The notes under the pieces were generated by a model. That model had not been told where the DNA came from and did no database searches. It was given only the letters and a program-made list of their open reading frames with translations. A DNA stretch of 64,000 nt. It comes from Trichoplax sp. H2 (taxonomy: Eukaryota). The DNA lies in NCBI GenBank assembly GCA_003344405.1, contig NOWV01000183.1, positions 1 to 64,000 on the forward strand, written 5' to 3'. Within the stretch, counting starts at the first letter, position 1, and every line of letters starts with the position of its first letter. Of this stretch, positions 12,390-26,399 are shown piece after piece. The position numbers and the translations under genes were made by a program.

Positions 12390-15300
12390 ATTTTTCATGC
12401 CATTAAAAGTTAGCAAGCACGTTTTAGTAGATCATGGCCGACTTCATGGCCATCTGTTTCAAACCTTATCTAATAGGTCAAATTTCATTGATTTAAAAAA
12501 GAAAGGAAAAATAAAAATATGCCAGGATATCATCGTTATTTTTCCATTAGTGAAGTATACTAGTATCACGAGCTCCAATGCTATGTGAGTCTTTTTGAAT
12601 ACATAAATTGGCTAAGAAACATTTAACTCTCTTAACAAAGTATGGTTGAAGTTGTTTGGAGTAACATACACTATTATCACTAAAATGCTGCATTGTAATA
12701 AGCGAGTTTGACTATTTTAAACGTGAGATCAGGCAGTAAGAGTAATTTAAAATTTTACTGCATCTAAACTGGACGACTTAGATTCAGCTTTCTCTATTTC
12801 GTGAATTGTATCAATCTAAAGAAGAGCAAGAAAATATTGGATTATCACATCGCTATTTGAAATTGTCAATAAACAAATTTATTACTGTACTGATTGACCA
12901 TCGATAATACCATGCTGCATCTAAGAATTATCTATCACGTAATATTACTGATATGCAATTATAAACGTAAGGTATTTACCATGGTACTTACTATCAATAT
13001 GGCAGGGCTTAGAGTTTAAAAATTTAAGCGTACGTGTATTGGATAAATTTTTAAAACATTTTGATAAATCCACGAACCTTAACATTGTACATAGCAATAA
13101 CGCTAATTGGCTTATTCAGAGATTTCTTAAAATCTATTTAATATATTTGAACAGTTAAACTACGGTCTCCTCGGTTATTTATTTATTAATAGGAAATAAT
13201 ATAAAATGCAATTATAAAACCAGTAAAAATGTAGTACTTGGTTTTAGTAAGCCTTTTATGACTTGATTTTATTTTTAATTCTTTATTACATTTTTATACA
13301 GTTCTATGCCAATCTATTTCTGAAATAAAATAATAACTAATAATGCTTTCTTAGCATCCGAAAAGATTCTCTTTTAATTAATTAATAAATAGATTGCTTG
13401 TTTGCAAGTGTAGAAACCATCAACTCTTAACAGCCGCTAACGATTGTGCATATTTGATTCGTACACTTCCATTTTCTATAAAGTATTATCACCCGATTGA
13501 TAAACTAAAGCTGTTGAATAATCGAAAAAGGTTCTGCTTTAGAATTAGTTCCTACTAATGCAGTCGTTTGCAGTACTTTTACATTGATAAAAAAGATATT
13601 ATTTAATACAATTACCTCGTAGGAGGAAGCTTTTTTAATATCTAATTATTTTAATTTTATTAAGTGATATATTCAACTCGTAAAAGACAAATTCAGCGAT
13701 TCTCTACATTCAATTCAATAGAATCAAACTGGTCAGCTATTACCGATAGTAAAATTATTTCCAATCTTAGCCGTAACATACATACTATATAGGATAAAGA
13801 CAACGCGGTAAATAGATATTAGGCCTATACTACCAATTACAAGAACGAATTTTTTAGCCTTTATCAGTTCTTTTATTGTAGTCTATAAAAATTTCACAGC
13901 CATGTCCTCTTATATCAATCTAACTAGGTGTCATAAATCTGATGCTTAAAACTAGCAGCATTCGTACTGGTAATCCTACATATTTCTACTGCCTAAAGTA
14001 GCAGCCCAACTTTTAAACAATCAGTTAAATTATGGTCACATTTCGTAAACATCAATTATCGTTAATTGTTTACTAATATAACATATGCAATCATCTATAC
14101 AAATATGCAAAAAATTTTAGGCAAGGCGATTGTTGGCAAAATCCTAAAGTTGATATCTGATTATGCTTATGGTACGATTTCTAAGCAACAGTTGCTAATA
14201 CTATCCCAGTTTGCTGAATTAAGGATAAAGATATTAAACATTTACGGTATTATTCCATTTGAAGAAATGATAGGATTAAGTAGCGAATAAAAGAGTAAAT
14301 GTATCATTATTATTTGGACATCGATATACGTAGTATTATTATGATAATACTGTTATCCGGTAAATAAGTAGTCCAGTAAATTCTGTCAATATCAAAAATA
14401 TTTTGCTAAGATACTCTACGCCTTTTTAGATCGATAAAGATAGCTGAAGCTAATCACTTAAGAGTGGATATATCTGAAATTTGTCATTATTTACTGATTG
14501 ATTGATAACAGAGCAAACGGTATTAAATGCTAGAAATTTCCTGGTTTAATCATATATTGTAGTTAATAGTTAAGAGACTAGAATTAGATCATATTTATAA
14601 ATAAACTATTAGATGTTAAATTCACCTATGGTGAAACTTTCAATAAACTCATCTTTTCCAATAACGAGAATGGGTTTGCAAAGTTAAGCTGTCACTAAAA
14701 TACCAGTACTGGACTGCTATCAATCTCTCAACTTACCCAGACATTGCTCATTATGATATTCGGGATAAAAAATTGATTGTTAATTTGAAATCATAATATC
14801 ATATTTATTATAACTATGGTTTGTTACCGTTTTGTTCCGGTGTTGAAAATGCAGTAGTTGTACAGCAGATTCCTTATAACTTCGATCCGTGACTGGTTTA
14901 AAACTGTATCGAAAAGCGGTTACAGACATTACTAACAAATGATAAGTAAGGATTAGTAATCTGGAGATATCGACTCATATTACAAAATAAAGACTGCTAG
15001 GTATATATTAAAAACTTTATTCTCAGCTATCTGGTCTAATAAGGTGTAAACTTTTATCTCATTGATTTGCTGACGGGAAATAAAAATCGCTGGGATGTTA
15101 GCTAGAGATTGATAGAAGTTGTGCTTGTATTAAAACATTTCACATAAATATAGAATTTCTAATTGAATTTCTTAAATATTTTGGGTCATAATTTTGATAG
15201 AAACTTTAACTCTTTATTACTCCTTTACGTAAAAGTTTCGTTTTTAATATTAGAAGTTCCATTAGTATGCTAGTGTTATCGATATATAGGCAGAAACATG

Positions 15301-16485
15301 CATATAATGATATATATACTTTTAATCTACACTTAAAGTAAAATTTGTTCTGAGCTACTACGTCAAATTTCGTATATCACTCATTGGGTAAGTTTAGAAT
15401 TATAAACCGAGTGATATTGATTCATACATTGAACTGCTAATAATCGGACCTATGAATGTATGATAATTGGTTGTTTAACGAAATAAGCCTGATAATTTAT
15501 TACAATTCATCTATGTTCTAAATAAATAACAAACTGAATTATGAAAAATTATTCCTTTATCTTTAAATATCAGTCTCATTAGATACGACAGCAAAAGTTA
15601 CAGTATAAGTTATTCATATCTTTCACTTAAATAGTTAAGGTAACTTAGCACATGTTGACTGAACTTATCATAAACAGTACTGGTTGCCAAAGTTTCAAGA
15701 TAACATTACTTCAACATAAAGAAAATAAGAGAGGATTATTATAAAGGTAGATAGATAATTGACGTCATATAACGTCACAATCTAGTACTCACTACTCATT
15801 GTTATTCAAATAGATATACTTATTAATTAAAAGCTTAGAATTACAGTATCACAGTCAAAATTAACTAGAAATTTAATAGAAGAATCCTTCTGATTATGAA
15901 ACAATGTAAAACTTGATCCTTGCCTGATGCTAATTTCATCAATGTAAAATAGTATAGGCAATAAATTTATTTTTAATTATGTATTCCGTCTACAAATTTA
16001 ATTGATTATTGTCTTCGTTCACAGGACTGTTTTGTTAACAATGAGACTTTGTATTAAAGTACAAGCAGCCTCTAGCTTCAGTACGTAGCTGTTTAGAATG
16101 ACTTAGGTGATTATACAATAGTAAATTTACTAATGATCGGTAATGTCAATATTGTTATTATTCGCAGTACGATCATTTTTATGATAATAATTGAAGCTAG
16201 CTTTCATGCATGGCATATCTATTGACATAAAATAAAAACAAAATTAGTAACTCTTTTCATTGGTAAACATAATGAGTAGATTAATCTTTATTCTGGATGT
16301 TTTTCTACTTGGTTTATTTGGAGTCAGTAATCGCTAGCAATTCATTTTACTTGGGCTACAGTTCGAGATCCTATATTTTTGTTTTCGTTTTATTCTCATT
16401 TTTTGTTTAGATTCTGACAACTAGAGTTGACGTTGTCGATTACAAATTTACTTACCTAGATCTAGCTTTGACCGCCGATCGTATC

Positions 16486-19400
16486 ATGGGTGTTTTATAT
16501 CAAAAAAAATTATCTTATCGTCATGGCCAGCATAAACAGCCTGATAATTCGCCACCGGTAGCAAGTGCTACCGGTCAAGTCTTAAACTTTACTACCACTC
16601 CTACTATTAAGCGTAAACAAGGAAATAATTACAAAAGTAAGTTAAAGTCGATCAATTTTTTAAAATAATCCTGTATGTTTTCCAAATTGACATTTGATTA
16701 TCATTAGTCATCGTATTCATTATTGAGGAAGTATGTATCTCAGTTTCGATACTCTTAGCTCTAAATTGATGCCTTTTATTGCTATTTCCTAAGTTAAAAC
16801 CTCTCGAAAATATCATTAGCCCTCTTCATGATTCTATATATTTTCTCACTACCATAATTTTTCAATTCAGTAGTACTAAATAACGACGGCTATAACATAT
16901 TTTTATGAAGGTCTATTTTAAGCAGACACTTAAAAATTAGCATGTTATCATCTTCTGTAGACACTAAACGCATTGCATTAAACTCATTCTTAGAAATATT
17001 GTTAATTGTTTGAAAATTGTCTGTAGATTTGTTCTTGTCAACTTTTCAACATTTTCCATGAAACTTCTTGATACCATTCGTCTCGTATACGTTATTGTAA
17101 TTCTTGGAGACTATTCCGTTCTAGCAGAGTTCTCGAAATTAAAAGTTCCATTCGTTTCTTTACCCTAATTAAATATCATTGATTTATATAATGCCCGGAT
17201 ATCTAATAGCTTGTTATATTGTATGCCCTTATATAATCCATTTTATTTTATCCTTGACAATGCTGCTTGCTAATGCAGTGCTTGTTCAGCTCATAGGATC
17301 ATTACGACATCATTTAGCAGTTTTTAAATGTTCTATTTGGATGAAGATGCAATTAACTTCATACTATAACCGTAAATATCATGTTGTTCAAACATCTAAT
17401 AATGATTAATATCATTTGGCTTAATGAAACCAAGACATTCATCAGGCTCATCGAGCCGATCATAAAACACTCGGCCCAGAGCTTACAGTGATTGCAAGAA
17501 TCCGTCTGCTCACATTCTAGTAAATATAGAAACCATTCCATTATATGGTCGTTGCTCCATCTGCTCTCTTAGATCATAACTTAATTTTGATAGTGGATAA
17601 ATAGTCTTCCATATATCTTTTCATAAATAAAATGCTAGTTATTTGAATTTGTCATTAGGGCTATAATATTTCAATTAAATGACTATTCTTTAAACCATTT
17701 TCATGCCCATGAGTAATTCGGAAATTCGTACTTATCATACTACAAAAGCAATTATGCGATAACCTTAAGATCAGTACCTTATAAAATTTGATGTGCTATA
17801 AATCATGCTTCTCTTTTGCACATTTTCATATATCTCTTTAAGTATTCCCCTTATTTGATTGTTGCTTTGTAGAGGTCAGCAGAATTACAGCTACCCCAGA
17901 GATTTCATTGCAATTTATTGCATATAAGTAATCAATATTATTTAAAAAAGTAAAACCACAGCTGCAACTTTTGATTTGCATATCTCAATCTTCATATGCT
18001 AAAATATTTTTGAAACAAGATCATACGTACTATAAAGAAATCGATTCTCAGATCGAGTAAGATTAGGTACAAAAATTGACAGAGGTATTTTTATATCATG
18101 TCCTTGTTCCAAAAGTTTGATCGCAATTGTCTCTAGCCACTATATGGCGAACCAAAAATATAAAATTAGTAGATATCCAGTTGTTTATGTTTCATTTCTT
18201 CATTTATGATTTAAGGAACTGGCCGATTAGTTACCATTAATGTCGGCTATTATGCGAAAAATGAGGACCAATATTATACATATCGTATGTGCCACCCTGA
18301 AACAAAGGAATTATGCTTTTACTGTCATGAATATCTCGAAAATCAGGCTGTTGAGATGAATAAGAACAGATATCATCTGGAATGCTTCGATGAGTATATA
18401 CTAAGGTAATTAAAATATTTAATCCAACCGTAACATTTGTTGTCCAAAATTATATAATTACAATCAGTCGAGTTAATTTCTCATAAACGTTATTCTTCTT
18501 GATTGGAATAGGTCGTATAAATATAATAATAAAAATTACATCCACGTTCGTATATTAATTAGCTATGAGATCATTTTAGCTTAACTTCTCTAGTATAGAG
18601 GGCTAAATCTAAGTCAAAAATTATACTTCACCTTATTAGTAAATAATGTCATCATGATATAAAACGCAATAGAAAAAATATTTTCCAAGAAAATACTTCT
18701 AAACATATTCACTTTTATTCATCTTCCAAGGACCCCTATCTCCGTGTAATGTAATTATGATTTATAATTTATATTACTAATAATTTATAAAATTCCAGAG
18801 CTAATAAGAAATCGCGATTAAAATTACTGTAATGATTAATGTAGAAAGTTTACTAACTATAGATAAGGAATTTGATTAGATGAATGAAATAAAACAAATG
18901 TTGAATATGAATGATATAATTATTGACGGCTTCTTCGAGCATATATAAAGCAGAAGTTGATCAAGCATTAGTAAAGAAGCTATTTCTAACAATATTCTAC
19001 TCAAACAATGATGACAGGAAATAAGTTAGATGGCCAATATTATTGACTTCCGCGAAATTAATTATGTAGATTTATGGTTTTTATGCATTTTGTAGTAAAA
19101 TATCAGACGGACTTCAGACTACGGCCAGTTCTGATCAAAAATCCGACACGGTTTCTTCCATGGACTACGTAATGAAAAATTTTTTGTCAAGTATGTATTT
19201 TTGCTTTACGACGTCCATAGCTATTGCTAATTCTCCTATTTCTTTAGCATAAATTATTATTAATAAAGTCATACAGTCTAGGTAATGTAGTTATAATTTA
19301 AATGGTGAAAATTTTAATAATGCTGCTATAAGCAATATTCAGACTGCTACAGAATTGTACTGATAGAATGTTTAGGACTCCTCTAAATGACGCTTGCTAC

Positions 19401-22153
19401 AGTGCTAACTAGTCGTTTCGAATAAGCATACGCGTACCTATGATTTTAGTGTCTTCAAGTATTGTTAATATTCGTTACCAATCATCAACAGAATGTGGCG
19501 GCTGTCAAAAAGAAATTGAAAATTATCATGGAATATTCGCCCTAGAACAGCAATGGCATCCTTCCTGCTTTAAATGCCATCATTGCGGCAAACTGCTAAA
19601 TGAAGATTATGCTGGAAGGTAAAATGAACATAATGCATTTTATGTTGCTGATACAAGTGTTGATGTTAACTTAGACTACAAAATAGAATCTATAACGTGA
19701 CACTAGAGAAAAATAATTATTAAAAAAAATTTTAAACTCGTAATTCGCCATTAAAGGATTAATTATCGAAGTATTTTATCATAGCCAGTATAATACACGA
19801 TAGAAATGTTAAACCTCTAAACTTACTATCTTTCGTTGTAATAATCCCAGCTGCACGCCTTATAGTATATTACTACGTAGCCTCTGTGTGAGGTACATAG
19901 TCAGTTATCATATTCTTGCACCATTAATAAATTCAATTGTATCTAGCTAATGTAATTCGAAAAACAAGAAATATATACTATAGTATGTATCGTCAAAGTA
20001 GATCATTACTTGTTTCCATCTCCAACTTGAGTTAAGAAAAGAAATTCGACTATTATCTTAGAAGTTCGGTAGTAAGCACCTTACAATCACTGTAGATGCG
20101 ATGCATTTAATTCCAGCAGTTATCATCTACTTCAAGAAATGCTTTAATTTTTCAAATACGATAATTAAGATTTACTTTAATTGCTGTTTATATTATTCTC
20201 AATTTTTGTTTAACGCGGTTTATAATTATTAAATATACTGTTATATGAATTCTTTAATGATCGATCAAATGTGGCTGTGTAATGAATCCATGACAGAAAT
20301 CGCAAGCCTTATTGCTTGGATGATTTTCGGCAGCTATTTGGTGTATTCTGTACTGGGTGCCAGCATTACATTGATGGAGAATTTCTTGAGGTAGGATTGA
20401 TGTAGGAGATCTATTAGTGGCCGCCTAAAACAAATACGGTATTATTTCTGAGCTACATTATCCTTCTAATATGATCATGAATAAAGAGGTCATTGTTAAA
20501 TAAATTATCACCCTTTATTTGCCCACCAATTTACATCGGGCGATATATTATCAATAGATAACAATATTTGCGTGGCTTAACAGAATTACTATATCAAAGA
20601 CTGTGGCTTTATTGAATAATCGAAAAATCAAAAAAATTATTACCGTAGCGTAGAAATTTCCAACAGGCGTTACTTAATCATTAGCGGTTAATGTAATTCA
20701 TTTGATATGATTTTATTAGATTGGCGAGAACAACTTTCATACAGCCTGCGCCGTCTGCACAAAATGTAAGAAACCTTTTCTCGAGGAAATTGAAGCTGTT
20801 GTTATCAACGATAAATTATGGCATAAAGAATGCCAATACCTTGAAGGTAACTATTTTATAGGATTTAATGTTATGCTTCTATTTATGTCAGAAATTATTA
20901 CAATATGGTAAATAGTTTCGAATCCATCTAGATGACGATACTAAACGTTCATCACCGACGGCTACGCGTGCAGAAGTCTCGTCTAAATTAGAGAGTCCTG
21001 CTAGTCCAATCAGTAAACCAACCTTTACGAATTTGGTTGTGCTAAGATGTGCAAGTACCGAGCAATTGCAAAATATTGGTCAGCGAGGGCGTACCTATAG
21101 TGATTCCGCTGCTTTCAGTGACATTCAAAATCCAAGTCGTTGCCGAACAGTAACTATTAACGGCCGCGTAATGCTAGGCAACAGAGATGGTTCTTGCAGT
21201 CCTTCTAGTTCACTGCCTGATCGTCAGATAAGTCATAGGAGAAACAGAATTTCAGATCCAGTTTCATCGACATCGCTGGTAGAAGCTATAGCTACACCAC
21301 CATCCAGGAGGAGGCTGCATAGTGCCACCACCAGCTCAACTAGCAGCGCCGTAAAAACTAGTCTAATTCTGCACAAAGGCAATTTCAGTAACAGCAAGAG
21401 TCAGGTTCCAACATTACAATCTAGCCCTTTGAGTCAGCGAAAAACTAGTATGTATCTAGATTGATTTTAAAATTTTTAATAAATAATTAATTAAATAAAA
21501 ATTACATCATTTACTTTTACCTAATTGACTTTCATGATTGCTAACATAAATTACTCCTACACTTCTATTGCCAGTTTAAGATTTCGTATCGATTCGGTTT
21601 TAAAGTTTTTTTATTGTATTTAAATTTACATCTCCCTGCGGATCATTATTTTGATTATAATATCGGATAGTCAGCTTGCAAACTATGCAATACATCAAGA
21701 TTGAGTGTAGTAATTCTCAAATCGTTACCATTATAAAGTTCAAATTTAATTTTGATTCATTTGATTTTCATAAACTCGAATTAAATAGATTTTATGCTGA
21801 TTCTGACAAGTATCTTGTTAATGTTTGGTATATCTAGAAACAAGTAGTGAAAAGATTTTAAATATTGCAAGTCAATCAAATTTAAAATAAAGTATTTTCC
21901 CTAAAAATTTTATTCTCGTGTTATCGTAGTTGCAATTTGTTCTGTTGATGGTTAAAAAATTTTGTATAATATGTAAAGTGTGTTTCCGATATAGGTAACA
22001 ATTAACTTAATTGTGCTTTAACTAATTTTCTTAGGTGAAACAATCACTTCCTGCACAACTCATAAAAAACATATCACTATTTCACGGAAAGGGGCCTCTT
22101 TACCAGCAATCACACGACCCAGCGCAACCATAGTACATCAAGATTCAAAATAG
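16486..22153 (+). CDS. abLIM-like paralog B, 8 exons, ~472 aa (LIM1 degenerate)
   Basis: Exons 16486-16636, 18216-18405, 19096-19190, 19492-19618, 20297-20390, 20720-20846, 20932-21447, 22035-22153; GT-AG, phases consistent (1419 nt). LIM3 CGGCQKEIENYHGIFALEQQWHPSCFKCHHC, LIM4 CTGCQHYIDGEFLE|IGENNFHTACAVCTKC...WHKEC. Exons 3-5 have the same lengths as in paralog A (95/127/94 nt). First and last exons are less certain. Confidence 0.82.
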
Positions 22154-25100
22154 GCAATTACTGGCAGGTCGATAAAGATTTAAACTAAGTATTCCTTAAT
22201 TGATATTATTATCAGGAAGGGGTATTGTGTTCACATTTACAATTATTATAATACGTACATGCTTGCTTATATTTAGAAGTAAGTCTAGAAAATTATTAAT
22301 TTGCTTATTTTAAATGACGCATAGAAAGGAGTTGCATACTTGCCGATATTAAGGTGTGAGTTTATTAATTAAGCGATTTACTTACTTTAATGGGGCAATG
22401 AAAGAAGTTACTACGCAGGACTGTAGTCCTATCTTTCTGTATTAGGTATGATATACCATATTTTTGTTGTACACTCTTTCAAGTATCTTGTCCAATGGAC
22501 TTGTAAACAGCATTTTCTTTACATATTTACTGTCTTAATGGTACACTAGATTAATTGATAATATTTAACAATGGATTTTAATCATTAAACACCTTATCGT
22601 CCTAAGCAAAATAAAGATCATCAAAACTAGATTTTGAATATTTTCATTGGTCACAGCCTATACCAAGATAGAGTAGATCTATACCTCTTGTAGGATATTT
22701 TTCATTGTGTACATGTCTGTATTACCTAGCCTTGATAGCTCTCCTACTCGATATATACCTCATTTTTCGTTCTTTATGCTAATTAAGTAACCTAGACTGC
22801 AGTACGGTAGTATACGGTGCCAGTTACTTAATCCGAAACGAAAGATTTTGTGATCGTGATAATTGATGACTAATATGCAGATATCTCACAAACCACGTTG
22901 GCAATGTTTACTTTTCATCGCCAATAAAAGAACAATTGACCTTCAACTGGAGATATTATCATAAAAACTACTGCAGAATTTATAATATATACTGCTCTCT
23001 AATAATCCGATTTGGTGATACTTAGGGCATAAAATTAGAAAATTCTTCTACAAGTGCAGTATTAATTGTTACTATATATTCTTAATGGGACATTATGGTA
23101 TCTAATCAAGAAATTAAATAACGTGATATATTCTCAAGCATAAAGCGAACAAATTATGATAAGTCATAATGGCATGAGCAACTGGATATTTTATCATCAA
23201 TTCTGATTTGATCAATGGAAACGAAAACATTTTAACAACAAAAACGGTTGTCGATTTATAACGTTTATTGAACTATTCATCAATAGCATTCAATCCAGAT
23301 AGGTACCGAGATAAACAAAATATCAAGAAATAAGAAGATATTATGATTCTATTTACATTTATATTCCCTTTTTATTGACTTAGAAAAATTACAGAACAAG
23401 TAGCAAAAGTAGATTGTACGATTTTATGTGGTCTTTTTGGTCTATTCGTGTGATACCAACGACTAGTATCATTAATCGTAATTTATCTGTATCTCTCCAT
23501 GTAGCTTGAGCTTCGTAGATTTAATATAAATATGAAAATTGTCATAGTTGATAACTTTGATGACGATTTCTAAATAAAATCTGGGAAATTACTCAGTTGC
23601 ATGGCTATTGCGCTTCATATATACCATATCAGATAACTATTTAGGTTTATGGCGAGTGAAATTAAAAACATACCAAGTTTGATAACTGGCTTGTTCAGAT
23701 TAATGTACAAATGCAATTGTTGTTTTCATTATCAGCTTTCATGATAATGTAATTCAAGCAAAGATATTAATTTATTTAACATTCTGGTTGGAATTTGGAT
23801 TACCTTAAAGCTTAAATTAAACCTTTAGTCTAATTATGAACACTTTCGACTTCTACTTCATATATACGAGTAATATTTCACTGCAAGCTATTTTTTATTA
23901 CTTAACTTCGATACGATATTTTTAACTTAGCAAAATCTATCTAAATTATGTTGAGTGAAGGTAGCTACACATTTATGTTCATAATTAAATCAAATTCAAA
24001 CAATCTGATTGTCAACATTTTCTACATCATAGGAATGTCGAATAGACTAAGAAATCGATATTACTGTAGACATAATCTATTCTACAGTATAATCATCATC
24101 TCACCTATAAAAATTTATTATTGAATCAAAATACTGATCAGAACGTCATTTGTTTAGTAAAAATATGCGATCGATATGGTTATTCTTCGATTACAATAGC
24201 TAACATAATCAAGCAATTTGCTATAAACAGCAAAAATCAATTCTTAGATAACGTGGGAATTTTTTTATTTATGTGTTATTTCAGATCATAACTAATATAT
24301 TATGATTAATTTTTTAGCTAGAAATAACATTTATATTTGTAAGATCTAGCTTATTTCACTTAGATTAAATTAGCCCTCTTTTCTAAAACTAGCAAAAATT
24401 ATCCTGTATCACAACAATGATACTTCTATCTAGAGTATTATTTTCTAATAGTCACTTAAAAAATCTATCCGAGGCGTTACAATATTGCATGTATCTGCAT
24501 ATTTATTAGTTGTTACCCGGCCTTTTAAATTCGTTGGATAACTCATAGTTAGGAAAGACAAAATATGTGTTTTTATATGTCACAAACCAGCTTCGTGACA
24601 AACATAAGGTAAAACAAATCTCTGAATTACTGTAGTCTCTGGGATTCAGTTTCCCTTAACTATCTCATAAGAATTTAGACGCCTTTGCTTCTACGTTAAG
24701 CAAATATAGAACTCTGCTTTATTCAACTATCTGCCGAGCTTAAATACCCTTCGGCAGCTGCTATCAAGTATGAGTCATAACAGTTCATGAAATTTAGTTC
24801 ATATTGGATAGATAAATTAATACAGAAATTATTTATCATCTTAGACATGTACTGAACGATTCTAGATGATTAGATTACAGTAGGTCTATACACAGAATTA
24901 TTTATAGTATCCTCTATAATTGAATATCTTCAGAATATTCGTCACAAGCGTTACAAGACATAGCATTATAATCAATTAACATTAGTTACCTTAGAGAGCT
25001 CTTACGACACTACAGCATAATTTACTGTAACAAAATACTAATTACTGTAGTTCTTACTGTAAGTCATTATTAGTTATCTTCATATATAAATGTTAACCAC

Positions 25101-26399
25101 TAAATTTAGTCATTTAGTCTTCACGGTGGTTTGCACCGTGACATTATGAAACAGCAAATCCGAAAACATCATCAGTCTAAGTCTTCCATATCTGCTTACC
25201 ATATATTAAATTAAAAATTGATAATGCAATAACTGATAAGGTTTGAAATTAATGTAGTAGTAATTCGATAGCGCTGCGAAAGTCTTCAGTTTTATTTATT
25301 CAAATGATAATTTGATTATGAACCGGCAGATCTGAAATGGTATAGTGAATGATGATAAGAGATGAAGTTAAATATTACTAAATGATGTCTGTAATAATTA
25401 TTTATCGACTATTTTCATTTTAGGTATCGAACATTTACTATTTTAATTATAGAGTAATCAGGCAAATTAGCTTACATGTAATTGAAGCAGATGTCTTAAT
25501 TAGATATGAAATAGTTGTAGTTCCCACAGTTGAACTGAAGATCATCACTTTAACTTTGCGACTTTTGAAAAGCATGTCTTGATTTTTTCCAGGTTACGGT
25601 TTAGCCTCTACAGGTATATTTTAATGTAGGGGTAAAAGTTTGTGAACGTCAATAATGGATGCATCAAAATTTATTTCAAGCTGATATATAATTATCATCA
25701 TATAAGGGAAACTTTCAACTTTTTGTGAATGAAATTTTAATGTATGAAGTAAAATGGAAGACGAGAAAATGTTTTGTATTTGTCAGATCACAGTATACGC
25801 GTAGACATTTGATAAAAAGGTCATAATTTAGTGTTGTTAAGTCATTGTAAGAAATAGATTAAAGCAGATAAATAGATTCTTCATAATATGAATAATATTA
25901 TGAAGTAGTACGATGCTAATTTCTCAGCCTATCCTTTCCCATAAATACTACGCACGTATACAGTGACGTTCTAAGATTATGTAATACCATTAACAATTAC
26001 TACTTCGTTTTATTATTTTAAAAATACGGATATAACTTACGTACAAAGTATTCTAAAATAGGTTCTGAATACCACGTTATGAATTAGAAATTGTCCGCTA
26101 AATTGAATTTGAACTTGAGTTCAAGGAATTAAATTCCGGTCATGCATTGAATTAAACTTTTCTTCTACGTTCGTTAGTAGTATTTCCCTAATAGAATTGA
26201 TTTTCTCTATTATTATGCATTATTCCGACAACCGAAAACGTTAAAACGTGACATGGTTTAAAACGTAAGGGATGAAAGTAGTAGATGATTGAAATTATGG
26301 ATGTTGATTATTACTATTTATATAACATAATTTCCTAATAAGTAAGCTAATTTTAGGGACCTAAATATTATATTAATCTATAGCGTGCATTGAGATACT

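Noticed and set aside
17424..17937. Possible extra exons in paralog B intron 1 (MKPRHSSGSSSRS*NTRPRAYSDCK...; RSAELQLPQRFHC)
   Set aside because: In-frame TAA and no phase-consistent acceptor chain; direct 16636-18216 splicing already fits. Cannot be excluded without RNA data.
25120..25141. Perfect hairpin tcacggtg-gtttg-caccgtga as a Helitron end or terminator
   Set aside because: No CTRR at the expected distance and no other supporting structure.
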